Origin: Promethearchaeota archaeon
Lineage (GTDB): Archaea; Asgardarchaeota; Lokiarchaeia; Sigyniarchaeales; SOKP01
Assembly: GCA_048941015.1 (NCBI GenBank)
Contig: JBHLNZ010000008.1
Span: 1 to 64,000, forward strand
Direction of reading: 5' to 3'
DNA length: 64,000 nt
Positions 29,288 through 39,506 of the stretch are shown here, in pieces. The notes under the pieces are model-generated. The model was not told where the DNA came from and made no database searches. It was given only the letters and a program-made list of their open reading frames with translations. Made by a program: the position numbers and the translations under genes. How positions within the stretch are numbered: the stretch's first letter is position 1; each line of letters starts with the position of its first letter.

Positions 29288-29602
29288 ATGGATAATTTTT
29301 TCTCTAAACGCGTAAAGGATCTCATAAAGGGAATACCATATGGTAAAGTTGCGACTTATGGTCAGATTGCCACTAGTGCAGGAAATCCACGTGCTGCAAG
29401 ACAAGTCGCATGGATATTACATTCTTCTTCTAAAAAAGATAATTTACCATGGCATCGAGTTATTAATAGTAGGGGATATATTTCATTACCTCATTTTGGA
29501 GGTTATGAACTTCAAAAAGAACTATTAGTTAGTGAGGGAATTCAATTTAGCAATAATGACTTTATTGATCTTAAAAAATATCGATGGCGAAATTTGAAGT
29601 AG
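29288..29602 (+). CDS. Alkyltransferase-like protein (ATL/YbaZ, MGMT family)
   Basis: IPYGKVATYGQIA, RAARQV, and PWHRV (Trp in place of the catalytic Cys). Confidence 0.92.
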   Translation: MDNFFSKRVKDLIKGIPYGKVATYGQIATSAGNPRAARQVAWILHSSSKKDNLPWHRVINSRGYISLPHFGGYELQKELLVSEGIQFSNNDFIDLKKYRWRNLK

Positions 29603-29640
29603 TATTTTATATCTAGTTTATGGACGAAATTAAGGGTTAA

Positions 29641-30072
29641 GTGAGAATTTTGAAGGAAGAGAAATCGATAGCTGCAGTAATTTTTCACGAAAAGAAATAT
29701 TTATTATTAAAATATGGATTAGGACATTGGGGTTTGGTAAAAGGTCATATAGAAGTAGGAGAATCAAATGAAGACACTATTATGAGAGAATTACAAGAAG
29801 AAACTGGGATAACTGATGCGAATATTATAGAAGGCTTCAAAGAAAAATATGATTATTATTTCGAATTTCAAGGTCAAAAAATCCATAAATATGTAGATTG
29901 TTATCTCATAAAGACAAATACAAAAGAAGTTAAATTAAGCTATGAACATGACGATTATATTTGGTTACCTTTAAAGGAAGCTATAATACGGGCTACATTT
30001 AATAATACTAAAATTTTACTAAAAAAAGCTAATTCATATCAAAGAACTACATTAGACAGATTTATTAAGTAA
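29641..30072 (+). CDS. Nudix hydrolase (Ap4A hydrolase-like)
   Basis: KGHIEVGE...RELQEETG; LSYEH. Confidence 0.9.
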   Translation: MRILKEEKSIAAVIFHEKKYLLLKYGLGHWGLVKGHIEVGESNEDTIMRELQEETGITDANIIEGFKEKYDYYFEFQGQKIHKYVDCYLIKTNTKEVKLSYEHDDYIWLPLKEAIIRATFNNTKILLKKANSYQRTTLDRFIK

Positions 30073-30132
30073 TTAATATATAATTCATAACGAAGAATTT
30101 AAGTTAAAATAAAAAAAAAGAGAAATTAGAAG

Positions 30133-31023
30133 TTATTCTGGCATTGAGAAATCAGTAATTTCGGGTAAAACCTCGAGTTTAGGATAGATATATCCAGGTA
30201 AAGGAGGTGGGGAATTATAAACTTGCTCGATGCTAATTTCACCTAAATTAATTCCACGACACTTGTTAAACCCATTAAATGTACCCTTAACCACTTGAGC
30301 AATAAAGTCCATTGTCATTCCAAAAACTGCTACCTTTGATCCTTTAGGGATGTATTCTAAATGTTCTTTAAATAAGGCTGGAGAAAAAACCAATTTTGTT
30401 CCATCTGCTGCTAGTGCCTGAAAACAAGGAACAATTATAGGGTAATTATCTGCTGGATCTAAAAATGCAATAAACTTTGGGTTCATAGCTCCAGAAAAAA
30501 TTTTTCTTCCGAATTTATCAAGTCGTTCTTCAGCTGATTTGTTTTTTGCTCCTCCCTTAGCAAATAAAGTAAATAGGATCCCTTTCAATAACTTTCCTAA
30601 TGAAACTATTTGAATTGGAGAATTTTTATAGATATTACTGTAAAATGCTCTCCACACATTCATAGTTGTTGAATATCTCATATCTCTACGATTCCAAAAG
30701 TCTAAATCCTCTCCGCTCTTGAGAATATGGGAAAAATCAGCCTTAATTTGAACCATTTTAAATGGTCTCTTAATTGTCATGAACAAATATCCATGTTTTG
30801 GTCTTTCTTGAATGAACTGCTTAGATTTACCATGCAAGAATTGGCCCCATACAATTTGATCTTGTGATTTTGCTTTATTCGCAGCTATAAAAGTTAGATG
30901 AGGCCATCCATTATCATCAACGGTGGCTAATAACTTCACCATCATGGGAATTTGAGTTAATTCAAAAGCCTCTTGAGATAATTCATTTTTCCAATTAAAA
31001 ATTTCTTTTGTCAATCTTATCAC
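30133..31023 (-). CDS. Tandem split-barrel protein (pyridoxamine 5'-phosphate oxidase-like)
   Basis: Two repeats: KLLATVDDNGWPHLT and KFIAFLDPADNYPII; 6 nt downstream of the GRE gene. Confidence 0.7.
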   Translation of the reverse strand: MIRLTKEIFNWKNELSQEAFELTQIPMMVKLLATVDDNGWPHLTFIAANKAKSQDQIVWGQFLHGKSKQFIQERPKHGYLFMTIKRPFKMVQIKADFSHILKSGEDLDFWNRRDMRYSTTMNVWRAFYSNIYKNSPIQIVSLGKLLKGILFTLFAKGGAKNKSAEERLDKFGRKIFSGAMNPKFIAFLDPADNYPIIVPCFQALAADGTKLVFSPALFKEHLEYIPKGSKVAVFGMTMDFIAQVVKGTFNGFNKCRGINLGEISIEQVYNSPPPLPGYIYPKLEVLPEITDFSMPE

Positions 31024-31029
31024 CTCTCT

Positions 31030-33540
31030 TTAATTACTGTGCATTTCTCTAGCTATTATTTCATTCTGTAGTTCAGTTCCAATCGTTACAAAATATGCGT
31101 TATAGCCCGTAACTCTTACAAGCAAATCTTTATAATTCTCGGGATGTTTTTGGGCATCCTTGAGCAATTCCGTGCTAATCATATTAACTTGTAGAGCAGT
31201 TCCTCCATTTTCAATGTATCCCCTCAAATATGCTTTAAATTTTTCCTTATGTTCAGGATCTTTTATGATGCTTGGATTGAATGTAATAGTGTGACTAGCT
31301 CCGTTAGGCAAGTAATTAATATACTGTCCATCAGCATCTTTTCCCCCTAAGGCATGTCCCACTGAATTGGTGACTGCTGTAGGCCCATTTTTTGTTGCAC
31401 CGGTTGTAGGACAAATTGCATTTGATAAATACATACCTTGAGAACGGCCATCTGGGGTAGCAGGAGTTCTAGATGCATCTGGCCCCGCCCAATAATTCCA
31501 AGAAAGCATTCCTGGACGGAATTGAAATCCATTTGGTGTTTTGTACTTCCATGTTTCATTAGTCCATGTTTTCATAACTTTTCGAGCAATTTCATCGAAT
31601 TCATAATCATTATTACCATATTTTGGAGCTTTACTTTTAAATAAAGCTTGCATTTTAGGATAATCATCATTACCTTCCCAATTATCAACTAAAGCTTTTT
31701 TGATTTGTCCTATTGTATACTGTTTATCATCGTATACGTACTTTTTTATTGCTAATAAAGAATCTACCGTAGTACCGAAACCAACCCCTTCTATAGTAAT
31801 AAAACTTAATTCTGGGCCCCCACTTCTAACATCAAGTGCTTTTTCTGCACATCCGTTCACTATTGTAGATACGAAAGGCGTTGGAAGGAATTTGGACTTT
31901 AAATCTTCTTGTGGGTTATATACTTCAACAATATGTTTTATGAGGAATTTAGTTTGCTGAACCCAAGCATTCCAAAATTCTTCCCAGGTTAAAAAATTTT
32001 TAGGATCACCTGTTTTAAGTCCTTGCTGTTTCTTTGAACGTCCTAGATCATCAATTGGAATATTTTTTCCATTCCATAACGTAAGTTCTATTGATTTTGC
32101 AAGATTAGGATTACAATTTACAGTTCCAGAGCGGTCATTACCTTGCATAGTATTTTCAAGACATCCTACACAAGCATAATTCCACACTTTATCTGCTGGT
32201 ACACCTTCTAAAACTAAACCCGCCATAGATCTCTCATCAAAATTTAACAAGAAGGGCGCTCCTTGTGAACGAGAAATCATATCTACGATAATATCAAGCA
32301 ATTTGTTCGGTGTATTTCGATGAAGTCTTATATTAGGCTTTGGTTCTAAACTCGGAAACCATTCGTCAATGACTTCTAAAATTGTATAAGTTAATTCATT
32401 TGTAAGATCTTCTCCATTTGGCCCACATCCGGATAAGGTTATGAGTTGACCAAATGAAGAGTTAATGCCATGTCTTCCCCATAAAGCCATCATAGAATCG
32501 TAAGCAGTATGACAATGGAACCAAAAACTTCCTAAAATTTCTTTTGCGAAATCCTTAGTAATATTTTTTTCCTCAATCACATCTTTTTGATACAAATGCC
32601 ATAAATGTTGGTCTATTCTTCCAAATGAAGTTCCTGCTCCAGGATAAGATTCCTCAGCCATTATCATAAGATGAGTTAACCATATTGCTTGAAGTCCTTG
32701 CCAAAATGTTTGAGCTGGTTCCCAAGGAACAATTTCCAGATTTTTAGCCATTTGCTCAAGTTCCTTAACTCTTTCTTCTGTGGAAGCAGTTGCTTTTAAT
32801 TTTCTACATTTTTCAGCATACTTTTTTGCTAACTTTTTTGGAATCTGAGCTGACTGCATCATTGCTCTCAATTGATTGCCTTTTGGACCCTTTTTTTCTT
32901 TATCAGTAAGTTTTTCATAATTATTTACAATATTTTCGTAGATATACCTGAACCCTTTTTTAACGACTGTTTCAAAATCGCATATAATATGACCAGAACA
33001 AGCACCAGCGTTTCCATACCCATTGTAATGAAACTCCCTTATAGATTCTCTATTCTTAAGAGCCATTTTCCAATATTGCTTTGCTTCTTTTTCATTTAAA
33101 CACCTACTGAGCATTACACTAAATCTGCCTCCAGCTAAGAGATCATTCTCAGAAATTATTTCTTGTGGAACATAATCAAGCATTATGGTTTCAAAGAATT
33201 TTGTTCTTCTTTCTGGAAGAGATAGTTGCCAAAAATCATCGGGAAGTTTTACAGATGCCGCCATTGACTCTGCTGAATAATATGCACCCTTTCCCTTTCT
33301 TCCAACCATTTCTAACACCTCTGGACCTACATAGAATTCTGCTTCATACAGGATTACATCCCAATCAACTCCAGTTGAAAAAAACATGAACTGATTATTC
33401 CATTTTCTCTTGAATCCTGAAAAGTAATAATCTCTAAGCCATTTTGATCGTGGTAATAGATCGTGCGCTTTTGCGATTTCAAATTTAGGTTTTCTTTCTT
33501 GAATTTCTGAAGGATTCTTAATATCACTCATATAATTCAC
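31030..33540 (-). CDS. Glycyl radical enzyme (PFL2/eliminase-like, substrate unknown)
   Basis: C-terminal RVTGY glycyl loop, GCLE cysteine loop, SFGRIDQ, PKYGN, ATPDGR. Confidence 0.93.
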   Translation of the reverse strand: MNYMSDIKNPSEIQERKPKFEIAKAHDLLPRSKWLRDYYFSGFKRKWNNQFMFFSTGVDWDVILYEAEFYVGPEVLEMVGRKGKGAYYSAESMAASVKLPDDFWQLSLPERRTKFFETIMLDYVPQEIISENDLLAGGRFSVMLSRCLNEKEAKQYWKMALKNRESIREFHYNGYGNAGACSGHIICDFETVVKKGFRYIYENIVNNYEKLTDKEKKGPKGNQLRAMMQSAQIPKKLAKKYAEKCRKLKATASTEERVKELEQMAKNLEIVPWEPAQTFWQGLQAIWLTHLMIMAEESYPGAGTSFGRIDQHLWHLYQKDVIEEKNITKDFAKEILGSFWFHCHTAYDSMMALWGRHGINSSFGQLITLSGCGPNGEDLTNELTYTILEVIDEWFPSLEPKPNIRLHRNTPNKLLDIIVDMISRSQGAPFLLNFDERSMAGLVLEGVPADKVWNYACVGCLENTMQGNDRSGTVNCNPNLAKSIELTLWNGKNIPIDDLGRSKKQQGLKTGDPKNFLTWEEFWNAWVQQTKFLIKHIVEVYNPQEDLKSKFLPTPFVSTIVNGCAEKALDVRSGGPELSFITIEGVGFGTTVDSLLAIKKYVYDDKQYTIGQIKKALVDNWEGNDDYPKMQALFKSKAPKYGNNDYEFDEIARKVMKTWTNETWKYKTPNGFQFRPGMLSWNYWAGPDASRTPATPDGRSQGMYLSNAICPTTGATKNGPTAVTNSVGHALGGKDADGQYINYLPNGASHTITFNPSIIKDPEHKEKFKAYLRGYIENGGTALQVNMISTELLKDAQKHPENYKDLLVRVTGYNAYFVTIGTELQNEIIAREMHSN

Positions 33541-33597
33541 TTTTTTCTATAGTTTTTTATTTTAATTTTTATGTAATTGAATCAAGTATAGTATTTA

Positions 33598-33707
33598 AAT
33601 GTTCGATCCCTTTTTAAATGGATTCAATGTTCGATAAAAAAATGTTAATAAACTAAAAATTTATACACACATTAAAATAGAGTACATCATTAAAAGAAAT
33701 GAACATT
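33598..33707. promoter_or_regulatory. Repeated AATGTTC(GAT) boxes between the divergent GRE and regulator genes
   Basis: AATGTTCGAT at 33598-33607 and 33626-33635; inverted GAACATT at 33701-33707. Confidence 0.5.
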
Positions 33708-33768
33708 CGAAAATTATAATTAGAGAATTTATTTATTAACGATTCAAGAAAAATTATAATTCTTTAAG

Positions 33769-34446
33769 ATGTCTGCTGATAAAGAACTTAAAAAACGAAT
33801 AGAAACATTAAAGTTAATGGAAAGCTTAACTCGCTTGAGAATAATATTAGCGCTTTTAATCTTTAGAAAAGTAAGCTTAACAGAATTGAGTACTTTATTA
33901 GGACGAGTTAAATCTACTTTAACACACCATATCAAAAAGTTAGAACACTTAGAAATCATAAAATCAACGAGAAAAGAAGCTAGAGGTTCGATTGATGCTA
34001 AAGTATATGAATTAATACCAGGTTTTCTTGAAAGATTCCATATTGATCCTGATATGATTGGATTAGATTTATCTAATGAGATAATTCTGAACGATTTACA
34101 GTTTTTTAAGGTAATTAAAGTCATTTATGAACAAGTAATACTTTATTATGAAGCAGTTTCAAAACGAAAAAAAACTAAATCTTTTAAAGATTTTCGTCAA
34201 GATCATTTCAAATCTCCGATTAGTTATAAATACTGGTTCCTTTCTGATGATGCAAGAGTAAAATATGAAAAATTAATGGAAGAATTTGATAACCGATTAA
34301 AAAAATTAATAGCTGAAGACAATTTGAAGAATCCTGAGGCAATTAGACCATTTCTTGTGTTACAAACTTTTTTCCCACTAAAGCAAATAATAGAATATGA
34401 TTCTGAATTAAATGAATTCAGAAAGTTTTTTCAAGCACTTGAGTAA
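33769..34446 (+). CDS. ArsR-like wHTH transcription regulator
   Basis: TRLRII...SLTELSTLLGRVKSTLTHHIKKLE. Confidence 0.85.
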   Translation: MSADKELKKRIETLKLMESLTRLRIILALLIFRKVSLTELSTLLGRVKSTLTHHIKKLEHLEIIKSTRKEARGSIDAKVYELIPGFLERFHIDPDMIGLDLSNEIILNDLQFFKVIKVIYEQVILYYEAVSKRKKTKSFKDFRQDHFKSPISYKYWFLSDDARVKYEKLMEEFDNRLKKLIAEDNLKNPEAIRPFLVLQTFFPLKQIIEYDSELNEFRKFFQALE

Positions 34447-34509
34447 ATATTAAAAAAAAGTATATATAAGATAAGATAGAATTTAATTTCGAGGTTGTGA
34501 AAGAATTTT

Positions 34510-35241
34510 ATGGAAATTAATGCTATATTAATAACAAATGGACTCTCCAGTTTGATTATCTCAATAGTGTCAATTGTTACTGGGCTAAAAATAGCTTCTA
34601 AATATTTGCAACATAAAGAAAGAGTTCTTATTTTCGCAGGGATTACATGGCTATTGATGTATGAAGGATGGTGGGGGCCTTCGATTGCCTTTATTGTACT
34701 TATTTTAACTAACCAAAGTATAGCTATAGAATTGTTTTATATAATTTCAATAAGTTTAACTCCAATAGCTATCACTTTGTGGATGGTTGCGTTTACAGAG
34801 TTAAAGTATAAAAGATTTCAAAATATAATTGTAGGAATTTTTTTGATTCAAGCTTTGATATTCGAAATTTTTTCATTTTATTATTTGGTTGTAGAACCAT
34901 CGATTATTGTCGAACGAGTTGGAGTAATCGATGCTCAATACAAATCGTTTGTAGTAATATTTTTTATTGAAATCGCTGTAATACTTTCTATAACAGGAAT
35001 ACTTTTTGCAAGAGAATCTTTAAAGATATATACTCCCGAAATTAGATTAAAAGGAATCTTTCTTCTTTTAGGATTTATTTCTTTCATAATTGGCTCTATT
35101 TTTGATGTTTTTCTTGAATTAAACATTTTTACTCTCTTATTATATCGAGGTGTATTAGTATTTAGCTCCTTTTCTTTTTACTTTGGTTTTTTTCTTCCTA
35201 AACCATTAAAAAAATTCCTACTCAAAAATAATAAAATTTGA
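34510..35241 (+). CDS. Seven-TM integral membrane protein of unknown function
   Basis: About seven hydrophobic helices; GAGGT ribosome-binding site. Confidence 0.8.
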   Translation: MEINAILITNGLSSLIISIVSIVTGLKIASKYLQHKERVLIFAGITWLLMYEGWWGPSIAFIVLILTNQSIAIELFYIISISLTPIAITLWMVAFTELKYKRFQNIIVGIFLIQALIFEIFSFYYLVVEPSIIVERVGVIDAQYKSFVVIFFIEIAVILSITGILFARESLKIYTPEIRLKGIFLLLGFISFIIGSIFDVFLELNIFTLLLYRGVLVFSSFSFYFGFFLPKPLKKFLLKNNKI

Positions 35242-35354
35242 AAATAGGTTTCAAATACAATTCTATAATTATATATAGAAATTGGACTCTATAAAAATTA
35301 AATTAGTTTGGAAAACACCAAAGATATAAAGAAAAATAACATATTTGATTTAAA

Positions 35355-35852
35355 ATGAATGTTAAAAGACATGATGGTCATGAGAGGGAAATTCCAAATG
35401 CACATATATATCATACTATTTTACCCATTATATTTATGATTACGTGGATCTTAGACTCTCTAATTTTTCAAGTCTCGATTATTTTGAACAATTTTGTACC
35501 TTTGATAATTAGATTCTCCCTTTTTATATTAATTTTTATAATTGCTATTATACTTATTATGCTATCTCACCGAGCATTATTTAAGAATCATCAACCTCCT
35601 GCCAACGTAATTAAAACCGGTATTTTAGGTTATACCCGCAATCCAATGTACTTTGGTATTATGTTAATCTATGTTGCATTTATCTGTTTTTCTATCTCAC
35701 TGATCAGTGTTGGAATATTTGTTCTTGTGTTTCTCGTTTATAATAAGATGGTAAATTTTGAAGAGAAGCTACTTGAAAATATGTTTGGTGATAAATATTT
35801 GGATTATAAAAGTAGAGTACCAAAATGGTTTCCAAATATATTTAAAAAATAA
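35355..35852 (+). CDS. ICMT/PEMT (Ste14) family membrane methyltransferase
   Basis: TRNPMYFG; EEKLLENMFGDKYLDYKSRVPKW. Confidence 0.9.
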   Translation: MNVKRHDGHEREIPNAHIYHTILPIIFMITWILDSLIFQVSIILNNFVPLIIRFSLFILIFIIAIILIMLSHRALFKNHQPPANVIKTGILGYTRNPMYFGIMLIYVAFICFSISLISVGIFVLVFLVYNKMVNFEEKLLENMFGDKYLDYKSRVPKWFPNIFKK

Positions 35853-35909
35853 ATAAATTTAAAAGAAGAGAACTACGGTTCTCAATTATACTCTTATTAT
35901 TATCAGTAG

Positions 35910-36464
35910 TTGATAAAAATCGCCCAAGAAAATAGTAATTCTCGACGTAAAAAACTTGTAGCTGTTCTAATAGTAAGTGGAATCTTTCTTGTAATTATTT
36001 TACCTTTCCTTGCCGTAATTTTTTCAATTAATATTGAAAGTTTGTTTAATATTCCTAAATTGATACCTATACCATATAATATTATTGTTGGAATAATTAT
36101 TTTCCCTATTGGGTTTTATTGGTCAATATGGGCAAATACTGCTTTATATAAAATAGGTAATGGAACTCCAGTCCCATTAAAAGATACACAAACAACTAAA
36201 CTTGTTATCATTGGCCCCTATAAATACTCCAGAAATCCTATGGTCTTTGGGTATCTTTTATTATGGTTTGGGTTAGGATTTATATTTAATTCTATTATTT
36301 TGTTATTTGGATTCACAATTTTAATAACTTTAGCGTTAATTCTATTTGTGAAAATTTGGGAGGAAAAAAATCTAGAAAAACGTTTTGGAAAATCATATCT
36401 AGATTATAAGGAGTCAGTCTCCTTTATAATTCCTTTACCAAGGGCTAAAAATAAAACTGAATAG
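35910..36464 (+). CDS. ICMT/PEMT (Ste14) family membrane methyltransferase
   Basis: GTPVP, LVIIGPYKYSRNPM, EEKNLEKRFGKSYLDY. Confidence 0.9.
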   Translation: MIKIAQENSNSRRKKLVAVLIVSGIFLVIILPFLAVIFSINIESLFNIPKLIPIPYNIIVGIIIFPIGFYWSIWANTALYKIGNGTPVPLKDTQTTKLVIIGPYKYSRNPMVFGYLLLWFGLGFIFNSIILLFGFTILITLALILFVKIWEEKNLEKRFGKSYLDYKESVSFIIPLPRAKNKTE

Positions 36465-36611
36465 AGTGTTTATTTTAAAAAATTAAATGATTTTCGACTT
36501 ATTTTTTAAATTTATTATATAAATTGCCTTTCTATTTTAAAATAATTAATAATAAGAATTTGGGAACTCTATTTAAAAATATATTATCAAGTTGGATTTT
36601 GTGAAAATTTT

Positions 36612-37277
36612 ATGAAAGAGTCACATCATAACCATGAATGGAGCGGGGAAAGAGCAGAAAGATTTATTAAAACAATGGAAACAATGATAGATTCTCGATA
36701 TAAACCTTTTGCTAAGCAAATTATCCACATATTGAATATTTACAATATGAAAAACAAAGAGATAATCTTGGATATTGGATGTGGTCCCGGTTTACTCTTG
36801 TTTGAGATTAAGAAACTAAACCCAGACCTACAATTAATTGGTATTGATCCTTCCGAAGCAATGTTAAATGCAGCAAGAAAAAAAGCAAAAGAATATAATT
36901 TTGGGGATTCAGAATTCAGAGTTGGATATGCTGAACAAATTCCTGTATCAAATAACGAGATAGAAATTGTTACTTGCTTCAATAGCCTACATGATTTTAG
37001 AAATCCAGAAAAAACAATAGAAGAAGTTTCTCGTATTTTAAAAAATCAAGGCATATTCATTTTAAAGGATAAGAATGGTTCTTATCCCAGATGGAAAATG
37101 CGTTTACATTTTCTATCATTAGCATTAAAATTTGGAAGAAAACAAGCTAAAAGATATTATAAAAGCAGAACATATTGGCTTAAGGTTAATCAAGTGATTG
37201 ATTTGATGTCTAAAAATGGTTTTGAAACTAAAATCTTTGAAAAGGAAGCAGATTTTTTGATATTGGGTAAAAAGTAA
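36612..37277 (+). CDS. Class I SAM-dependent methyltransferase
   Basis: ILDIGCGPG, GIDPSEAML, SLHDF. Confidence 0.9.
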   Translation: MKESHHNHEWSGERAERFIKTMETMIDSRYKPFAKQIIHILNIYNMKNKEIILDIGCGPGLLLFEIKKLNPDLQLIGIDPSEAMLNAARKKAKEYNFGDSEFRVGYAEQIPVSNNEIEIVTCFNSLHDFRNPEKTIEEVSRILKNQGIFILKDKNGSYPRWKMRLHFLSLALKFGRKQAKRYYKSRTYWLKVNQVIDLMSKNGFETKIFEKEADFLILGKK

Positions 37278-37468
37278 GATAATTTATCTGGCTTTAGAGT
37301 TATATTTTAATTTCTATCAGTAGCACCAATTTTAGTAATTTTCCCACTGAAGGATATTTATGATGAAAGATTAGAAATTAAATTAACTAGGTTGAAAGTA
37401 AAAAAAATTTTTAAACTTTAATTGAATTAATTCTTATATTAGCATATGTTAATAACAGGCAGAATACA

Positions 37469-38230
37469 ATGAAATTGTATAACATCAGTGATAATGGAGA
37501 TTTAACTGAATTAAATCAACTAGATTTTAAGGAAAACGATGTTTATCTTGTTGATGATATTGAAAAAAATACAGTTTATATGTGGGTTGGATTAAATGTT
37601 CCTCAATATAAAAAGGATATTACTGCAGCATGGGCTCGAAGATTAGATAAAGAGAGAGGAAGTTCCTCGAAAATATTGATTATGAAACAGAAAAGAGAAT
37701 ATGGTTCATTTTTAGCCATGATGGAAGATTTGAGAAAAGGTTTAATTCCAGGACATACAGCGGAAAGAAGACCAGAGTTAATATTAGAAAAACCTAAAAA
37801 AGAGATTGAACTTGTCAGTAACCAAGAGAAAAAAGTAGATCAAGTGATTATTTCTGAAAAATCAGAGTTAGAAACACGGATTCTTGCATGGTTGAATCAA
37901 ACTAAAACATACAGAAGATTAGAAACCGAAAAAGCACCTTTAGAAACAGAAGATAGAGAGGAAATTGATTTTGAAACTCAGATTAGAGATGCTGCTTATT
38001 TTCTATCTTTGGATCGCTATACATATGATGAATTATGTTGGATGTTAGCTGAAAAAATTCAAAAAATAAATATGAGAATGCCTTCTATTGAAGATATTAA
38101 AAAGAAAGCCGAGGAAGTATTTAATTCTTCAAGTAGCTATGATGAGTTATGTTGGTTAAATGCGGAAATGGATATATTAATCTTAAAAAAGTATATTGAA
38201 AAGGATAAAAAGCCTTTTGATTTTCTTTAA
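37469..38230 (+). CDS. Asgard gelsolin-domain protein with domain X (1DGelX-like)
   Basis: DVYLVD...VYMWVG gelsolin core; duplicated YDELCW(M/L)xAE helices at the C-terminus. Confidence 0.8.
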   Translation: MKLYNISDNGDLTELNQLDFKENDVYLVDDIEKNTVYMWVGLNVPQYKKDITAAWARRLDKERGSSSKILIMKQKREYGSFLAMMEDLRKGLIPGHTAERRPELILEKPKKEIELVSNQEKKVDQVIISEKSELETRILAWLNQTKTYRRLETEKAPLETEDREEIDFETQIRDAAYFLSLDRYTYDELCWMLAEKIQKINMRMPSIEDIKKKAEEVFNSSSSYDELCWLNAEMDILILKKYIEKDKKPFDFL

Positions 38231-38234
38231 AATT

Positions 38235-38570
38235 TTACGATTTTATCATTATTAACATCATTTTAAATCTTTCTAGTGCTTTTAGAGCATGGGGTTCATT
38301 CGCGGGCATAATGATCATCTGCCCTTTTATTAAAATATAACTTTTTTTTGAAATGATAATATCTGCTTTGCCATCAAAAATGTAAACGAGAGCGTCAAAG
38401 GGAGCAGTATGTTCACTTAAACCTTGGTTTTCATCAAAAGAAAATAGTGTAACTGTCCCTACATTTTTATCAATTAAAGTTCTACTTACAATAGACCCTT
38501 CTTGATAATCTAAAAGACTATCTAAATTTAAAATTTGACTTAATTTAGTATTAGGATTAATTTCATCCAT
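38235..38570 (-). CDS. Cupin domain protein
   Basis: GSIVSR, GLSEHTAPFDA, MPANEPHAL. Confidence 0.9.
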   Translation of the reverse strand: MDEINPNTKLSQILNLDSLLDYQEGSIVSRTLIDKNVGTVTLFSFDENQGLSEHTAPFDALVYIFDGKADIIISKKSYILIKGQMIIMPANEPHALKALERFKMMLIMIKS

Positions 38571-38740
38571 ATTAAAATCACCTTCTTGAAAAAAAATTTA
38601 TTAATAAATTAATGATTAATTTCCATTTAAAATTAGATTTGAACATGTTCTTTTCTATATATTAATTTAATTTATAAAAGTTATTCGGAATGGATAATTA
38701 GTCTCCTTCTTAAAAGGGATTCATTTCCCAACAAATCACT

Positions 38741-39496
38741 TCATGTTTGCTTAATAACCTCAAAAAGCATCTTGAGTGCACTTAAACCTTTAATAGTAAT
38801 AGAATATGATTTATCAAGCTCACTACTTTCTACAAATTTAGCATCTTTTAATTCCTTAAGATGAAAATTAAATTGACCTCCTTTTAATCCTACTATTCTT
38901 TCTAATTGTGTATAGTAATTCCTTCCTTTACTTAATTCTTTTAAGATTTTGATACGATTTTCATTGCCTAATACAGACATAAGCTTACTTTCTTCTTTTT
39001 CATTTCCTTCAAATAATTCAAATTCGTTTTCTCGTTTCAATAATTCCTTGAAATCTGAAATTGAGTTTTGCTTTGTGGTATTTAAGAAATCACTAATATT
39101 AATTAAAATTAATTTAAAATTATCCAAACAAACACTATCTTGGCAAATTCCATTTTCTAGGTAAGAATCAATTGAGTTAATATATCGATTTATTAATATA
39201 CTCGCCTCATAATGACCCTGTTCTGAAAAAACTCTTAATATCTTCATTACTCGTTTTTGGATAATGGTAGAACACTGATTAATTACTTGACAATTTTTTG
39301 GTCTATTATCCAAAAATTGATTTATCATTTCTTCAGTAGATTTTATTAATTTTGTATGAGAATTAGAACTTATTTGATTCCTTGTTATGAGGGAAAAATC
39401 AAGTTTCATCTTCAGAATTAAATCTTGTAAAAAAGCGAGTTTATTATTTAGTTCTTCAAATTTGCTATCCATGGTCTTTGGTTCTATTGAGTTCAT
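38741..39496 (-). CDS. C-terminal wHTH (ArsR-like) regulator with four-Cys N-terminal domain
   Basis: LGNENRIKILKEL...GGQFNFHLKEL; CQVINQC and CQDSVC. Confidence 0.85.
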   Translation of the reverse strand: MNSIEPKTMDSKFEELNNKLAFLQDLILKMKLDFSLITRNQISSNSHTKLIKSTEEMINQFLDNRPKNCQVINQCSTIIQKRVMKILRVFSEQGHYEASILINRYINSIDSYLENGICQDSVCLDNFKLILINISDFLNTTKQNSISDFKELLKRENEFELFEGNEKEESKLMSVLGNENRIKILKELSKGRNYYTQLERIVGLKGGQFNFHLKELKDAKFVESSELDKSYSITIKGLSALKMLFEVIKQT

Positions 39497-39506
39497 AATG
39501 AGAAGA

